IMG/VR virus record: IMGVR_UViG_3300035501_000173
Strand: one strand, 5' to 3'
DNA length: 64,000 nucleotides
From: a virus
Lineage: Duplodnaviria > Heunggongvirae > Uroviricota > Caudoviricetes
In this document: piece after piece, positions 49,801-63,967 of the stretch
How positions within the stretch are numbered: position 1 is the first letter of the stretch
Layout of the letters: each line of letters starts with the position of its first letter
Position numbers and translations under genes: made by a program
The notes under the pieces: model-generated
Told to the model about the DNA's origin: nothing
What the model saw: the letters and a program-made list of their open reading frames with translations, nothing else
The model's database searches: none

Positions 49801-52199
49801 AAGAATCTAATAAGAAATTACAAGATGATTTTGCAGCAGCGCCAGAACCTTGGGATGAGAATGCTGTCCGTGACAGAACTGTTAATGCACAAGCTGATAG
49901 TAATGCGAAGCAAGCTGCTTTAGATGCTTTAAATGCTAATCCTGTGCAGGAATTTACGGCAGCCGATGAAGGTCTAATGGCTACTAGAAAGCAGACACTT
50001 GCTGAAGCTGAAGCTAAGTTCCAACCTTATAAAGATCAAGAGAACGCAATAGTTGAAGCCCTAAACAGACACCAGTCAGATATTGATGCCCTTAAAAATG
50101 AGTAGCTAGCTTACGAACGTGAAAGTCATACTCCACAGCAAATTACACAAAGGAAAGCCGAAACCGATCAAAAGATTCAAGATTTAAAGGATGCTGTGCA
50201 ACGTTGTGCTAAGTAGCTTAATGATCATCAATCTAGTGTTGGTTATAAAAATGCTGAAAGGCAGATTACTAAAGCCACTAATGAGTTAGAAGCTAGTACT
50301 AGGGCTAAAAGTGAGTGGGAGGAATTTCAGACTAAACTAAAAGACGCGCAAGATGCTTTAGATGCTAGTAAAGCTACCGAAACTGAGGCTATAAATGCTT
50401 ATAATTAGTATTTGGCACAAAAGCAAAAAGTTGATAATATTAATAATGGAACCCTTAATCCTGCAACATTAACAGAGGATGAACTTAACGCTTTAGCAAT
50501 AGCTGATAAAAAATATTCTCCTGAAGCTCGTGCATTACAAGCACATCAAGAATTAAGGGGCAAAGTTCGAGACTACTATAAGGAACTTAAGAATCAAGGT
50601 CGGGCATCTTCTGAAAATGAGAAAGCTGCTAGAAAAACGGGATTTGCGAAAGTTGACACTTAGGTTGATTCTAATGTAAAAAGGTATGCTTCTTGGTTAA
50701 AGGATCCTATTAAAGCTAACAAAACATCTGAGTTTAAGAGGTTTATTAAAGATGTTGAAGCTAATTCTAATGGAAAACTAACTGAAAAGAAACTTGAGAA
50801 TATTCTTAAAAATGAGGCTTTGATGCAAAAGGTACGTAAGCTTTACGCCTTTAAGAGAGGAGGTTATGTCCCTTTTTATTCAGACGGAGATGAAATTAAG
50901 AAACCTAAAGAAGAAGAAACAACTTCTACAGCAGAACCCCTAACTACTTCCACCGCTGACGCTACAACAACTTCTACTGCTAACACTGAAGTCCCGGTAG
51001 TTACAACAGAAACTTCTGTATCTGTAACTCCTTACGGAACAATCTCAGGCAGTGGTAGCACCTCCGGAGGTAATAACGAAAATACATCTGGAGTTAGAAC
51101 AATCCTTAATTATGATAATGATAAGCCGGGAAATGGAAAAAAATCAAGCCTTCTTGGGAATCTAACTAATAAGTCAGACATGGCTATTTCAACACTAGAA
51201 GCTTGGAAATGGCATGATGCTAAATACAAGAATGCTAAAATTGCTGCATTAGGTAAGAAGATTAAAAACCTCCATGTAACACCATTACAAAGTAACTGGA
51301 GAATATTCTCTTCTAAACCTTTACTGGATTAGGCACAACAAGCAAGAACTGCTGGTAATCATGTAGGTCGTATGGCTGCTGCTGGTACCTCAGATCAAGC
51401 TCAAGGATTTGTTTATCAATTACATGGATAGAATAATGGTGAGCAAAATGCAAGACCTTATATCTTACAATCCGATGCTACTATTAAAGAAAATACTGAT
51501 AAGCAATGGTAGTTAGCTAATCAAAATGCTGCTAGTAGGCATGATGCTGCTGAAAAGAATGCTGCTTCTGATGTTGCTAAGTATAACTAGGATATTTTAG
51601 TTGATCAACAATTAATACATGATAATTCTACTAAAGATCAACAATTCCTTACAGCTGTGCAAAATGGTATTGCAAACTCTGATGCTTACTTTAAAGCTAA
51701 GAAACGAGCTAATTTCTTGAACAATGATGCAGAATTAGTTGCTGCTTATGATAAAATGAATACATTAAGAAAGCGACGTTCTGCAGCAGGTAATACTGTT
51801 GGATCCACTTGGACTTAGGAGGATGAAGATGCTTATATTGCAGCTAGAGATGATTACTCTGATTTACTTACTACAAAAATTCGTGAATACGATAACTTAC
51901 ATGGTAGTTCTGTAGGTCAATCATTTGCTATGCCTATTTGGAGTTATGGTTCAAACTACGGTGGGTATAATTCTAGTTCATTTAGTTTTGGTGATACTGG
52001 TAACACAACTTCTAGATTCTCATGGTTGAAAAAAGGAGGAAAAGTAGCTTCGGATTCGGAAGATAGTAAAAATAGACGTCATTCTGCTAAACAGTATTTT
52101 GAATTGTAGAAACTATTACTCACGGAAGCTAATAAAGATTAGCGTGCTATGGGTAATGGTTATGCGTATTTTAGAAAATTAATGATGTGTAGTAAATGA
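46884..52199 (+). CDS. large putative cargo/ejection protein, 1771 aa
   Basis: Pieces 46995-51332 share one frame. Gly/Ala-rich hydrophobic helices at ~48690-49100, long coiled-coil at ~49650-50700; TGA overlaps the next ATG. Confidence 0.72.
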
Positions 52200-54058
52200 G
52201 TTATATAAATAAATTCTAGAGTGGAGGGTCTTCCCTCCCTCTAGTTGATTATATGCCTTTTACTGGTGTTCAAGCTCCTGCTGCAAAACAAGCAGAAGCA
52301 AACGATGATGACATTGGTATTAAGGATATTTTAAAATTAACTAATGAATTAGATGGACTTCCTGTAGATATGGATGCTATTAAGACCTCCTTATATAACA
52401 TGTATGAAGACGCATCATTATTTAGTAATGGTCAGGTTTCTACAGGATAGTTGGTAAATACATATTTATCTGCTTTACAAAAGATTAAAGTAGCTAAATA
52501 TAATAAAGAATAGTTTGATAATGCTCAAAAAGAAGCTACTTCTAATGGAGGTTTACACGAAGTGGCAATTGATGAGCATGGAAATTTATTTGTTCAGGAT
52601 TAGGAAACAGGGTCTGTAGGATCTATAAGCTTAGCTTAGTACAATAAGCTTAAAGAAGAGGATCCGTAGAAATATGAAGCTCTTACTAATTCTAATTTAT
52701 TATATTATAGAGCAGAACATCCTGATTTTGCTTTTAAAAATAACATATTAAGAACTGTATCAAATGGTGTTGGTGAAAAGAGTGTAACTGAAACCCTTAG
52801 TAAAGTACTAGGAAGTTTTGGAACTGATACACTTACTAAACAAGGTTATTCTGAAAAAACAGCCGAGAATATTACTTGGGGAATGGAAGCTCTAAGAGAG
52901 GCTTACGAACAAGGTATGACAGTAGATGGATTATATAAATAGTCTGCTACCGAAGCTACACAAAAGGCTCAAATGAATGCTGCTTTGTAGTATATGTGGA
53001 AAACACTTCCTCAGAATATGAAAACATTCTTAGAGTATAAAAGTGGTGATACTGAGAATCCTGAAAGAGGTGCTATGAAACTAATGGCAGATTTAGCATT
53101 TAAAGGAACTAGTTCTACTAGTACATATACTTAGAGTTTAGTTAAGGATCCTAATAAATCTGGAACTGCTGGTGATCAGAATGATTTAAAGAAACAAATT
53201 GAACTAGACCCTGCTAAAGCTCTTGTATTAGGAATGGGTTATTAGAAAGACTTTGTACTTAACTCTGGAAGTAGTTATGAAGCAACTCTTAGTGGTAACT
53301 ACAGTGTCCTTACTGATCATTCTGGAGAACCTTTAGGAGAATTTTCTACTTTACGAGATGTATCTTCTGGTGCTATGGCTGGTATTCTTGATATGAATAA
53401 CGCTACATTCGGAGGAGCTAGAATTGATACCCTTGATAGAGCCTTCTTAAACAATGCTGATGTTATCGGTGTTGATTTACCGATTGATTAGCAATATTTA
53501 AATGATACGGGTAATATTAGACCCGATATTAAACTACTTGAAAAAGTAGAACAACTTCATACAGCTATTAAACAGAAAGTAATTGATGGTTCTAACCCAG
53601 ATGAAGTTAATGCTTATTGTGATAAAATTGGTTTACCTTAGATGTATTCTAATTTAGATGAGAATGGTATTCCACAACTTAATAAGAAATACTTTGCTAG
53701 ATTTGCACGTGTTACTGCTATGGTAGATGAATCTGCTTTAGCCGATGGTTAGCAAGTTGATAATACTGTACAAGAAGTTGGAGATAATAAACGTGAGAAT
53801 TTCAAAACCTATATGAAGAAAGAAAATAAGAATTATAAAATTTCTGACGGATTCTTCGGGTTAGGTAAAGATGAATTATATGAAGGTGCTATTTACATAC
53901 CTATAAGACAAGATATTATTGCTGCCTCACTCGCCGGCACTGCTAAATATAAGTTACCAGGAAATGATGCTATTAATGCAGCAAGTCGTTGGGCTGATAA
54001 CTAGGCAGCTTAGGATTATTAGGAAGCACCAACTTTAAGTGAACTATTAGGAGAATAA
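52196..54058 (+). CDS. putative cargo protein, 620 aa
   Basis: MSYINKF(TAG=Q)SGG...; joins pieces 52253 and 53813; TAA 54056-54058. Confidence 0.72.
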
Positions 54059-54064
54059 TGAATT

Positions 54065-57000
54065 ATGGCAAAGGAAAATGATTTGTTTTTAAATCAACTA
54101 GTGAATCCCGAATTCAGTGCATTTGATTTTAAAGTAGCTGGTTTAGATACAACCAATACATCCATACAAGATAAGAGTGTTTACAAAAATTTAGACTTCG
54201 TAAAGAATAATACTGCTTTACAAACAAATGGTAAGTTTGATGAAGCTAAATTTGATGCCATGTATGATTATGCAATGTCTAATTATAACTAGATGGCAAA
54301 TAATGCTGTATCTGAGGATATTGGTAGACACGCTGAATTTTTTAGAGATAACATATATGCACCAGCCGAAAAAAGAAAACAAGACTTAGGGTATTCTGTA
54401 CAGCGTGTTGCTAATCCATTACGTGAGCAAAAATCTACTGTAAGAGTTGGAGAAATTAAAGAAAATCCTTTGTCATTAAGAGAAATTGCACAAACCCAAC
54501 GTGTTTGGGATAGTAAAACTGATAGCTGGCAAGATGCTCCAAATGATTCTTTTTTCGCTAATTTTGCTGATACTAGAGTATTAGCTTAGTGGGATGAGGA
54601 TGGTACACACGAAGATCCAATTACTGGCGAAATCGTAGAACATAAGAAAGGCGACAAGAAAATAAATGATAACGGTACATATTACTATGAGAACTTAAAT
54701 GGTCGTAGTGTATATGGACGTGAAGTTCTTAGCAAAACAGACACACTCACGACTGATGGTTCAGCTTGGAATAAGTTTGATATATTCGATGCTGACGATA
54801 AGGATGAGAATATTACTAAAACTCTTCTTAGAAATGCCATTAAGGTAGTACCTGCATTTATTGGTGGTGTAGCACCTTGGTATATTGGTGCTAGAGTAGC
54901 GATGAATACAGCTAATTTAGTAGCTAAACTAGGCAATATCGTTACAGGAAATAATAATAGTTTATTTCATAATATGGAAGCCTATGTAGATTCATTAGGC
55001 TTCTCTCAATCTGATTATACTAGAGGAGGAATTTCTGGTACAGTAACTGGTGATAACCCAAACTCTTCTAAGTATATAACACCACATGCTTGGTCATTAG
55101 AAAGTATGTTGGGATTAGCTGCTGATACTTTTACATAGCTAGCAGAACAACGCTGGATTTTTAAGTATCCGATACAAGCCGTTAAAGGTAAGATGGTTTT
55201 TGATGAAGGTTTACAAGAAGCTTTTAAGAATAAAATTGTACAAGAGCGTTCTCTTAAAACTGGAAAAATGATTGCCGATGATATGGCTAAAGCTTATGCT
55301 AAGGGACTTGGAGAAGACTTTGGTGCTATGGAAGCAGAAGCACACATCATGAATAGCTTATATGCTCAGCAACAGCTAGATGCTTATTTAAAAGGTGCTC
55401 AAAAAATTGGTGAAAAACTTTCATTAGCTTACATGACTGGTATTACAGTAGCTGATTCTTATGGTGAAGCTCTAGAAGAAGGTGCAACACCTACTGAAGC
55501 CGCATTACTTACTTTAGGATATGCACTAGGAGAATATAAAATTTGTGCATCTGACTTAGGTAAGTGGATTCTCCCAGAAATGCGCATGGAACGTAATAGA
55601 TGGGAATTAATTGGAAAACGTTTAGCAGAGGCTGGTTTGGATGAAAGTTCAGCTCTACAATCTAAAACAAAAGCAAAAGCTAGTGACTGGGTTAGTAGAA
55701 TACTTAGACTTGGAAGTCAAACAGCTCTTGGTGATTACAAAAAAGCAGCTGATGGAACTTTAAAAATGACTTCTAAAGCTTTAATTGCTAATGCTCTAGG
55801 TGAAGGTACTGAGGAAGTTTCCGAAGAATTACTCTATGATTTTACTAAGGCTCTGTATAATAATACTGTATTTAAACTTACGGGTAATAATACTAAATTA
55901 TCTTCATTTGATGGTGTTTTCGATGATCGTGGTGTTGATGGTTTAGGTGATTTATTTAATCGCTACGCTCTTAACTTTGTTGGTGGTGTTATTGGTGGAG
56001 GACTTGGTGAAGCTTTACCCACTTATAGAGAAGCTTCTTAGTTTAAAAATATGGATAAGCAACAGGCTTATGAAGCTTTAGTACAATTAGTAAAGGAAGG
56101 TTATGGTGAGGACTTCAAAAAAGTTGTAAATAAGTCTACTTGGGCACCTAAAGATTTATCTTATGATATGGATGAGTCTGGTAATTTTAAACCTGCCGAG
56201 GACAAAGAACATAGTTAGAATGCAGTTATTAAAAATCTACTTAATCAACAAGTAGATATGATTGACTCTATACTTAGTTCATAGGGTGCTAAGTTATCTG
56301 ATAAGTCCTTAATCGCACGTCTTACAGATGTAAAAGATGCTCGTAAAGAGTTTAAAGCTTTAGCATTAGGACAATCTAAAATAGCTACAAAATTCATAGA
56401 AGGCTATAATCTATTATTAACAAATTTAGTTAAGCATAAAGCTACCTTAATAGGCTTAGATTAGGTTGCTAATGAAAAGTCCAAGGATTCTGCTAAACCA
56501 GAAGAAAACGCAGCTGCTCAAGAAGTAACAGAAAAACAACGTAAAGAACTTGAAGCACAAATAAAATAGGAAGAAGAAGCTTTACAAGAATATCTTAATG
56601 GTAAGAAGTCCCCGGAATTTATTAAAAGAGTATTATTTGAAGTTACTAACCCGTTAGTGTCTTAGTTTAAGAATACTACATTTATTAACTTTGTAGAAAA
56701 TAAATACAAAAAGAAAGCTAATGAATGCACAGATTAGGAACTTGAAAGTGCTAAATCAGAATGGGAGAAAGTAAAGGACTATGAAGCTGCTGACTTAGTA
56801 GATAATATATACGACTTATTTGAGGATGTTAATTTACGTTCTACGGATATTGTTAATGGTTATGTAAATCGTTATTTTGGAAACGATAATGTTGTAAATA
56901 TCTTTGGAAGAACTATTGATGACTATGCTTAGGATGTACTTGTAAAAAATGATGATAATGTAGCTTTATCAGAAGTAAAAGGTTTTGAGGAAAGTGAAGC

Positions 57001-60000
57001 AAATGGTAAACAAAACTTTAATGTTAATGTAAGCCCCTTGACTATGCTCGCCTATAGTTTAATTAGGATGGGTAAAGAGTAGGGTATAGATGTAACACGT
57101 TACCAAGATGCTTTAAAATAGAATTTTGAGGATTAGAATGGAGCCTCTCCAAAATCTCAAATGGCTGTAGGTTATCAAATGAATGATTTAATTAGTAATG
57201 CTGCCGATTCTTCCGGAATTCTTGACAATCCTCAATTATATAATGCTACATTAGATTTTATAAAAAACTCTCCTTATATTACAGTAGTACAAAGAAATCA
57301 ACTAAAGAATACTTTGAATAAAGTATTAAATGGTTTAGATCCTGAAGGTGCTAATCATGATACCTCCGTGCAAAGAATACTGGATCTTCAAGCTGCTATT
57401 GATAATAACTAGAATTACTCACCTATTCAAGAATTTATTGATGAGTTTAGTCTTAATTTAAGGGGAAATACTCAACCTAAATTATCTGAATTAATCAGCA
57501 AAATAGATGCTTAGATTAATATGAAAGGTAATGAAGGAAGTATTGAGAGTTTTAGTTTTGATGATGAGGAAACTGAGAAACAATTAGACAATGCTTTAGG
57601 TACTATAGCTATGGTAAAAGCTGTAGTAAATGCAGCAAGAAATGATAAAGCTCGTCATGGTGATGTATTTGGTTATAATAATACAGTTAATGAACTTACT
57701 CCTGGATCTAAATTAGCTGAAATTGATAGTAATGTAGCAGACACCATCTTACAAGAATTATCTTCCGAGGAAAATCGTCTTAACTATTATAAGAGAATTG
57801 TTGACTTAAACTCTAAGAATGTATTAAGAACTCACGATAGAACTGGTGTAAAAGCAAAAGTTCTTTTATATAAAAAGACAAAAGAGAGATTTTCTGCATC
57901 TAATTGGCCTCCTTCTTCTTGGAATTAGGATGCTAATCAAGAAATAAAAGACTCTTTTAATGATGATAGTTTCAAGTTACTTAATAAATTAGTAGCTGAT
58001 GATACTTAGGCAAACTATAATTTAAATCCTCAAGATACTTTATAGTTAGAGCAAGAGTGGAAATTGCTTAATGAAAAGTTGCATAAATTCTTTATTGATA
58101 ATTAGGCTAATATAGAAGACGAAAATAAATTAGCGGAACTTGCAGATATGCGAGTTACAGGTTTATATTAGTTAGATACTAGCATACTTAATCAACATTC
58201 TGAAGAAATATCCAACTCTTCTTGGTGGTGGTGGCTAGCATCAAGAGCTGCTATGGATGTAAATACTTATAAATAGTATGAGTTAAATACATTTAAGAGT
58301 AATGACTCTTTTGCACCTGTCCCTGGTTAGGAAATAGCTACAGAAATAGCTTTTTCTGCAATTACTAATAAGAAAATATTTAACTTATTTGGTAAAGCTT
58401 AGAATAAAGCTTTATAGGAATTTGTTAAAGGTCATGAGGATGAAAAACCTGGAGATCCTTTTTACGATTAGTACTTTCCTAATCGTGTTGATATGTTGTC
58501 AGAAATTGGTAGTGATTCTTCAAACTCTATTAATTATGCAGCTACGGTTCTTGCGGAAGGTATTGCAGGTTCTGGAAAATCTACAGGATTTACCAAGCAT
58601 TTAATAGACATGCTTGGAATGGATGAAAACATTAAAAAGGAAGTTCTTGGTAATATCTGGTTTGTACATACTTCTAAAGCTCAAGCTTAGAATTTAGCTA
58701 AGAGTTTGTTTGGTGAAGAAGCTGCTAATTAGTTGGCAGATAATTGTTTTTCTCACCAATCCATAATGCAGCATATTGCAGGTACTAATGATAAAGGGCA
58801 TACTTGGAATGAAACGTTTGATCCTACTACGGGAGATGTTATTATTAATCCTGATGATATAGTATAGGAATAGGGTAAGACCCTTCGATATAACTATGGT
58901 ATTAAAACTGGGATAAAAGCACCTACTTTAATAATTACTGATGAGGTTAGTCACATGTCACAACCGTCACTTGGATTAATTAGTGATTTTGTAAATGAGA
59001 CTGGTGGTGTGCATTTAACATTAGGAGATTTTGAGTAGTCAGGACTTAGGGGTATTGCCAAGGATTTAAAAATTGTAGACAATGCTGGAAATGTAGTGGG
59101 TACATCGGAAAATTACTCTTATCAATTAGATAATACTAATATAGTACATGTTCCAAAATTAGGACAATCATTACGTTCAAAAAATAAATTAAAAGATAAT
59201 AACAATGCTAAATTTAGGGAGGTTAAGAGTCTAATACTACAGAATTAGGCACCAAGTACAGTTTTAAATTATCACGAAAGTTAGGAAGAAGGTTTAATTG
59301 GTGATAAAATAATCTATAAAAATGCCATAGATTCTGATCCTAATGCGTTTGAGTAGTAGGTAGTAGACTTGTTAAAACGTACTAAAGCCTTAGGAAGTGA
59401 TAAGAAACTTGGTTATATTTACGATAAAGAATTTGATTCTAACGGTAATGAGGTTGAATCTACTACTACTAAAATTATAAAGAAACTAAATGAGTCCGAA
59501 GAATTTAAGGGTCTTGTGGATTTTAATAGTTCTTATGCTGCTTAGGGTAAGGAAAATCCATATTATGTAGTAAGTTTAAATAGGGATGTGTCTAAGGTAC
59601 AAACTCCCGAATATTTAGCGGATTTCTATACAGGATTAACTCGTGCAGAAGTTGGATCATTATTAGTACTTAATTAGGATATAGCTAACGCATTAAAAAT
59701 TTCATCTTAGCATGTTGAGAAGGCTCCTAAATTTATCATTGGTGATAATGCTATTAAAGCTTATAAGGAACGTAAGTACAATTTATATAAAGAAGTTTAT
59801 GGAGAACCAGAGGAAGGTAAAAAGCTTGTATTCTAGCAATACAAAGATCCTACTAGAACTATAATATCTCCTACAAACAATGCAGAACCAGAAGTTCCTG
59901 ACGGAGAACCAGAAATTGGCACAATAGTTCAGGATGGTGATGACGAAGAATGGGAAATCATTGGTTATGAGAAACAAAATAATGGTACTTATAAAGCTAA

Positions 60001-63000
60001 ACTGAAAAATGTTAATACAGGAAAAGAAGTTACTATAACCACTGATGAACTGGATGATTATACTACAGTAGTTTCAAATACTGGATCTAATAGTGCAGGA
60101 GGTATTACGACTGTAAAAGGTAATAGAAATGGTACAGAAGGTTTAACTAATAAAGGAGATGATGTGCAAATGATGCACCACTCTTTTAATGCTTATGAAA
60201 CTAGTTTAGTATATGACCCAAATACAAAGACTTACAAGTTTAGTGAAAACTTCCTAGAAAATCGAAAAGATAATGTGATTGGTTTAGCTAGAGTTGTTAA
60301 TGACATTACAACTTCTGATTAGGCAGCTAAATAGAAACTGTTAAGTCTGGATTCTACTGAGCTAAATGCCTTAAAGCAAGCTCACAAGCTTATATTTGAT
60401 ATTGCCAGAACTGGAACAAGTTCTGATGAAATCATAGACAGTATAAATGATGTTCTGCAAGTACGTTTTCAAGGTAAAAAGTTACCTGATGGAGCATTTG
60501 TAAGATTTGCTTACAAGTCCTGTCTACCTTACAAGGCTTTTATAGATGGTTCTGGAAAACCTGATACTACAAAAGTTAGCGCATATCATAATGAGAAGTT
60601 TGCGAAACCTTATGAAGAAAAAGTAGCACATAATGTTAATACTGATACTTAGAGTTTTTCTGATACTAATACCAGCACTATTAATATGATTGTTATTGAT
60701 AAAGATGGTAAAGAACTATTTGAAATAACTTGTGCTACTGATACTAATCCAGTAACTTTAGCTTTAACTAAAGGCTTTGAAGCAGATGCTAGTGGGTAGG
60801 ATATTAAAGCTTGGGTAACTAAAAGACGTGAAGAAATTTTGAATGATGCCAACATTGATAGTGATAAAAAGTTTTCGTAGTTAGTTGATGAGTTATATGC
60901 TGCTTTATTTAATCCTAACGAATTAGGAAAGCATTCACAAGCTAAAAAACTTATTCACCAAATAGATTTATTCTGGGCACATCAGAAAATTATGATGGGT
61001 AATATAAAATTCCTAACTACTGAGGATGCTAATGGTAATAAAGATTGGTTAATTCCCGGACGTGATTGGGAATCTAGTGGTGTTATTATCAATGACTCCG
61101 AGAATATTTCTATGACTAATAACTTACCTTATTATGCACAATATGGTGGAGAGTGGTTAAAATTTTCTGATATAGAGAGGGAAGGTGCTATATCCATGTG
61201 TGGCAAAGTTCTCATGGCTACAGCAAATACAAGAATAAATAAAAAGAATGGTGCCGTTGTAGAAATTAAAGCAGGAAAACCATTTGTAATTGTTTCTGAT
61301 GATACCAATTCTTATAATAATCAATTTACAACCCCTTAGTAGTGGATGGAAGCTTTGTATGATGAGAATGCAACTCATGTAACTGCTGTATACATTGAAC
61401 CACCTTCTACGGACTTTGGTGGTTATATGCAATATCTTGTATAGTACTATGGCAATACAGCAACTACATCGGATCGTATTGGTACAGCTTCAACGTCTTA
61501 TAGAATATTAAGAGAATTAATTAAATCTACAGAAGGTAAGAAGTTTTTACGAGAGCGTTTTGAAAAATTGTACCAATATAAACAACCTACACAAGTTGAT
61601 GAAGGCTTGGCATCTTTAGAAAAAGTTTTAGACCAGTTGGATAGCTTAGAGGGTAAAGTTACTAGTAGCAATGAAAACGCTGTAGTTGATTTACTAAAGT
61701 CTAGAGTAGTTGATGAATACGCTACTAAAGAATCTAGACCTAATTATATTACTAATATAGTTCGCTTGTATCCTAATACTACAATAGGAAGTTCTATTGA
61801 TAGAGTATTGCGATTTGTAGTTTAGGGTTATTATCCAATTAATAAGGTTCCCGCTGATTTAGCTTTTGAAAAATTAAGTTCGGCTAATGCCCAGAATAAT
61901 ATAAAAACTATTGATGATTTAATTAAATAGGGATCTACTTATCGTAGAGGTATATTTAGAAAAGTTAGTTATATACAGGCAAATACTGGCGTTCAGTATA
62001 AGGATTTCCGAGAAACTACATTGCCTATTAACGAGGCTTGGTTTAACGCAAGAATTGATACTGGTGCATGGAGAACAGTAGGTGATAGAGCTGTAGAATA
62101 TCAATCCTAGAAAGATGCTATGTTACTTGGAGTAGGTAGAGCTAAAAAGATTGATTATACTGACCACGAAATGTATGTAAAAGAAGATATGAAATCATTA
62201 GCTGATCCACCTAAAGTAGTTAAAAAGCAAACTTCAATTTCTACAGTAGATTTATTTAAAAGTTTTGATATTAAAGGTAAGGATACAATAGAGTCTTTAT
62301 CTAAAAAGAGTCGCACTTATTTATTATAGAAATACATTGATACTAATTTATCTGGAGCTGGTATAACAGTTAATAACATTACTGCGGATAAGATAGATCC
62401 TGCTAAATTTAAAACTATGTTTGATACAGCTTTAAACAATAAAGAAATATCTTATGTAGAAAATGGAACTATCTTAATTACTCCAGAGGATTTAAAACCA
62501 AATATTTTACGCACTAGTGAGACATTTAAAGGTTTCTTTGAAATTACTCCGGGTGTGTTGGGTTGTACTATAGAAGATTCTGCGGGTAATGAAACTAAAT
62601 ATAGCTTAGCCTTTAATATTGAAATTAAAAATAATAAACATTGTATAAAAGATATTGCGAGTACGCTTTATACCCCAACTACTAATCCACCATCAACAGG
62701 ATTAAATTGGAATAGTGTTGATGATGTTCGTTAGGCTATCATTACAAAATATGGTGCAAATACTAAGGTTACGAATGAGACAGCCACTTAGTTATATGCA
62801 AGATATACTGCGGCTACTAATAATAGCGTATTAACGATAGACGATATAATTAATTCTACAGATGTATTGTATCAAAATCCTGACGGGTCTTAGGTATTAT
62901 CTTCATTAGCAGACGTAGTCCATAGTATTGAAGATAATGCTACTGATGATTACAAAAATGTTATGGACTATCTTAGAGATCCTTCTGGTAAGCTTTTTGG

Positions 63001-63931
63001 TTATGAGATAGCTTCTACTGATATTGGTAAACCTCACAAGTACTATCAAATTAATAAATACGATGTTGATGCTTCTGGAAATCTAATATTAGATACTAGT
63101 GAAACCACGTTATAGGATTTTTATAATGCTATAAATGAAGCATAGAATTTCCTCCAAACTAATCATATAACTAAGTATTCGGATACTGTTATTAGTCACA
63201 TTACAGGTCTGGCTGCAAAAAATTTTCATACCTCTGGTTTTAACTATAAATCTGAACTTGCTTTAGCTGTAGATTCTAGTGGTGAAAAATACTTAATATC
63301 TAAGTAGGATATTGTAGACAAAATGAATATATCAGACTTTGGGTTTACTGAAGATAATTTTGCAGAACTCGATTTAGCTAATCATACTTATAAAGATGAG
63401 GATGGTAATGTTAAAACATTTAATGGTGATTGGGTATTCACTCCTACAGGTGATGGTTCTTATAAGTTAGAAAATAAAACTATTAGTACTACTAAGACAT
63501 TTATTGGTTTGGATGGTGTTGAGGTTGATCTTGAAAATTTAACTCCGGAAAATAGTATAATTTTAGATTCATTTGACTCATTTGGGGAGGGGTCTTAGCT
63601 CTCAGCGGACTTACAATTTCTCGGAATAACCAAGGGCTCTGGGCCTATCGCATTTAGTAACGACTTACTAGAAAGTATAGTTGCATCTATTAACGCGGCT
63701 AAACTTATTGATGTAAGTGATTCTATAAACAATGAGTTGAAATCTAAATTAAATTAGACTAAGTCTAATTTTGATAAACTTGTTAATAGGGCTAAGGGAT
63801 TAAGCCCCACAGATACATCAATGATTGCGATTCAAAATAGAATGAAAGAGTATATAAACTATTACAATTTTTTGAATGCTCTATTATATAAATTAGGGAT
63901 AAACCCAGATGAAGGGACAAGATGTAATTAA
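54065..63931 (+). CDS. giant virion-associated protein with internal superfamily-1 helicase/ATPase domain, 3288 aa
   Basis: The plus-strand fragments 54065, 54293, 54902, 55193, 57161, 57521, 58493, 60992, 61568, 62120, 62417 and 63323 are in one frame. SF1 motifs GIAGSGKST (58559), IITDE (58940), GDFEQ (59024-59038), AQGKE (59540-59554), YTGLTRA (59627); TAA 63929-63931. Confidence 0.82.
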
Positions 63932-63967
63932 CACTCTTTTACTAACATATTAAATTTTAAGTGATTT

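Noticed and set aside
294-52199. TGA reassignment
   Set aside because: In-frame TGA appears only at gene ends (294, 6929, 36535, 52197), mostly as ATGA overlaps with the next start, so it acts as a stop.
678-58604. Short alternative-frame plus-strand ORFs (e.g. 678-881, 3522-3770, 20532-20765, 33164-33415, 33659-33913, 46528-46713)
   Set aside because: They are nested in other frames of real genes and have Leu/Val-rich off-frame composition.
274-62104. Minus-strand ORFs in the track (e.g. 9266-9595, 10917-11543, 29594-29962, 43973-44293)
   Set aside because: All lie antisense to long plus-strand genes, lack recognisable motifs and have no intergenic room for promoters; treated as shadow ORFs.
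293-63931. Mass pseudogenisation as the explanation for fragmented ORFs
   Set aside because: Breaks are exclusively TAG, frames are preserved over kilobases, and conserved motifs run across the breaks.
54065-63931. crAss virion RNA polymerase catalytic subunit
   Set aside because: No convincing DxDxD catalytic context was found in the parts I translated (FDADDKD at ~54786 does not fit); helicase motifs were found instead.
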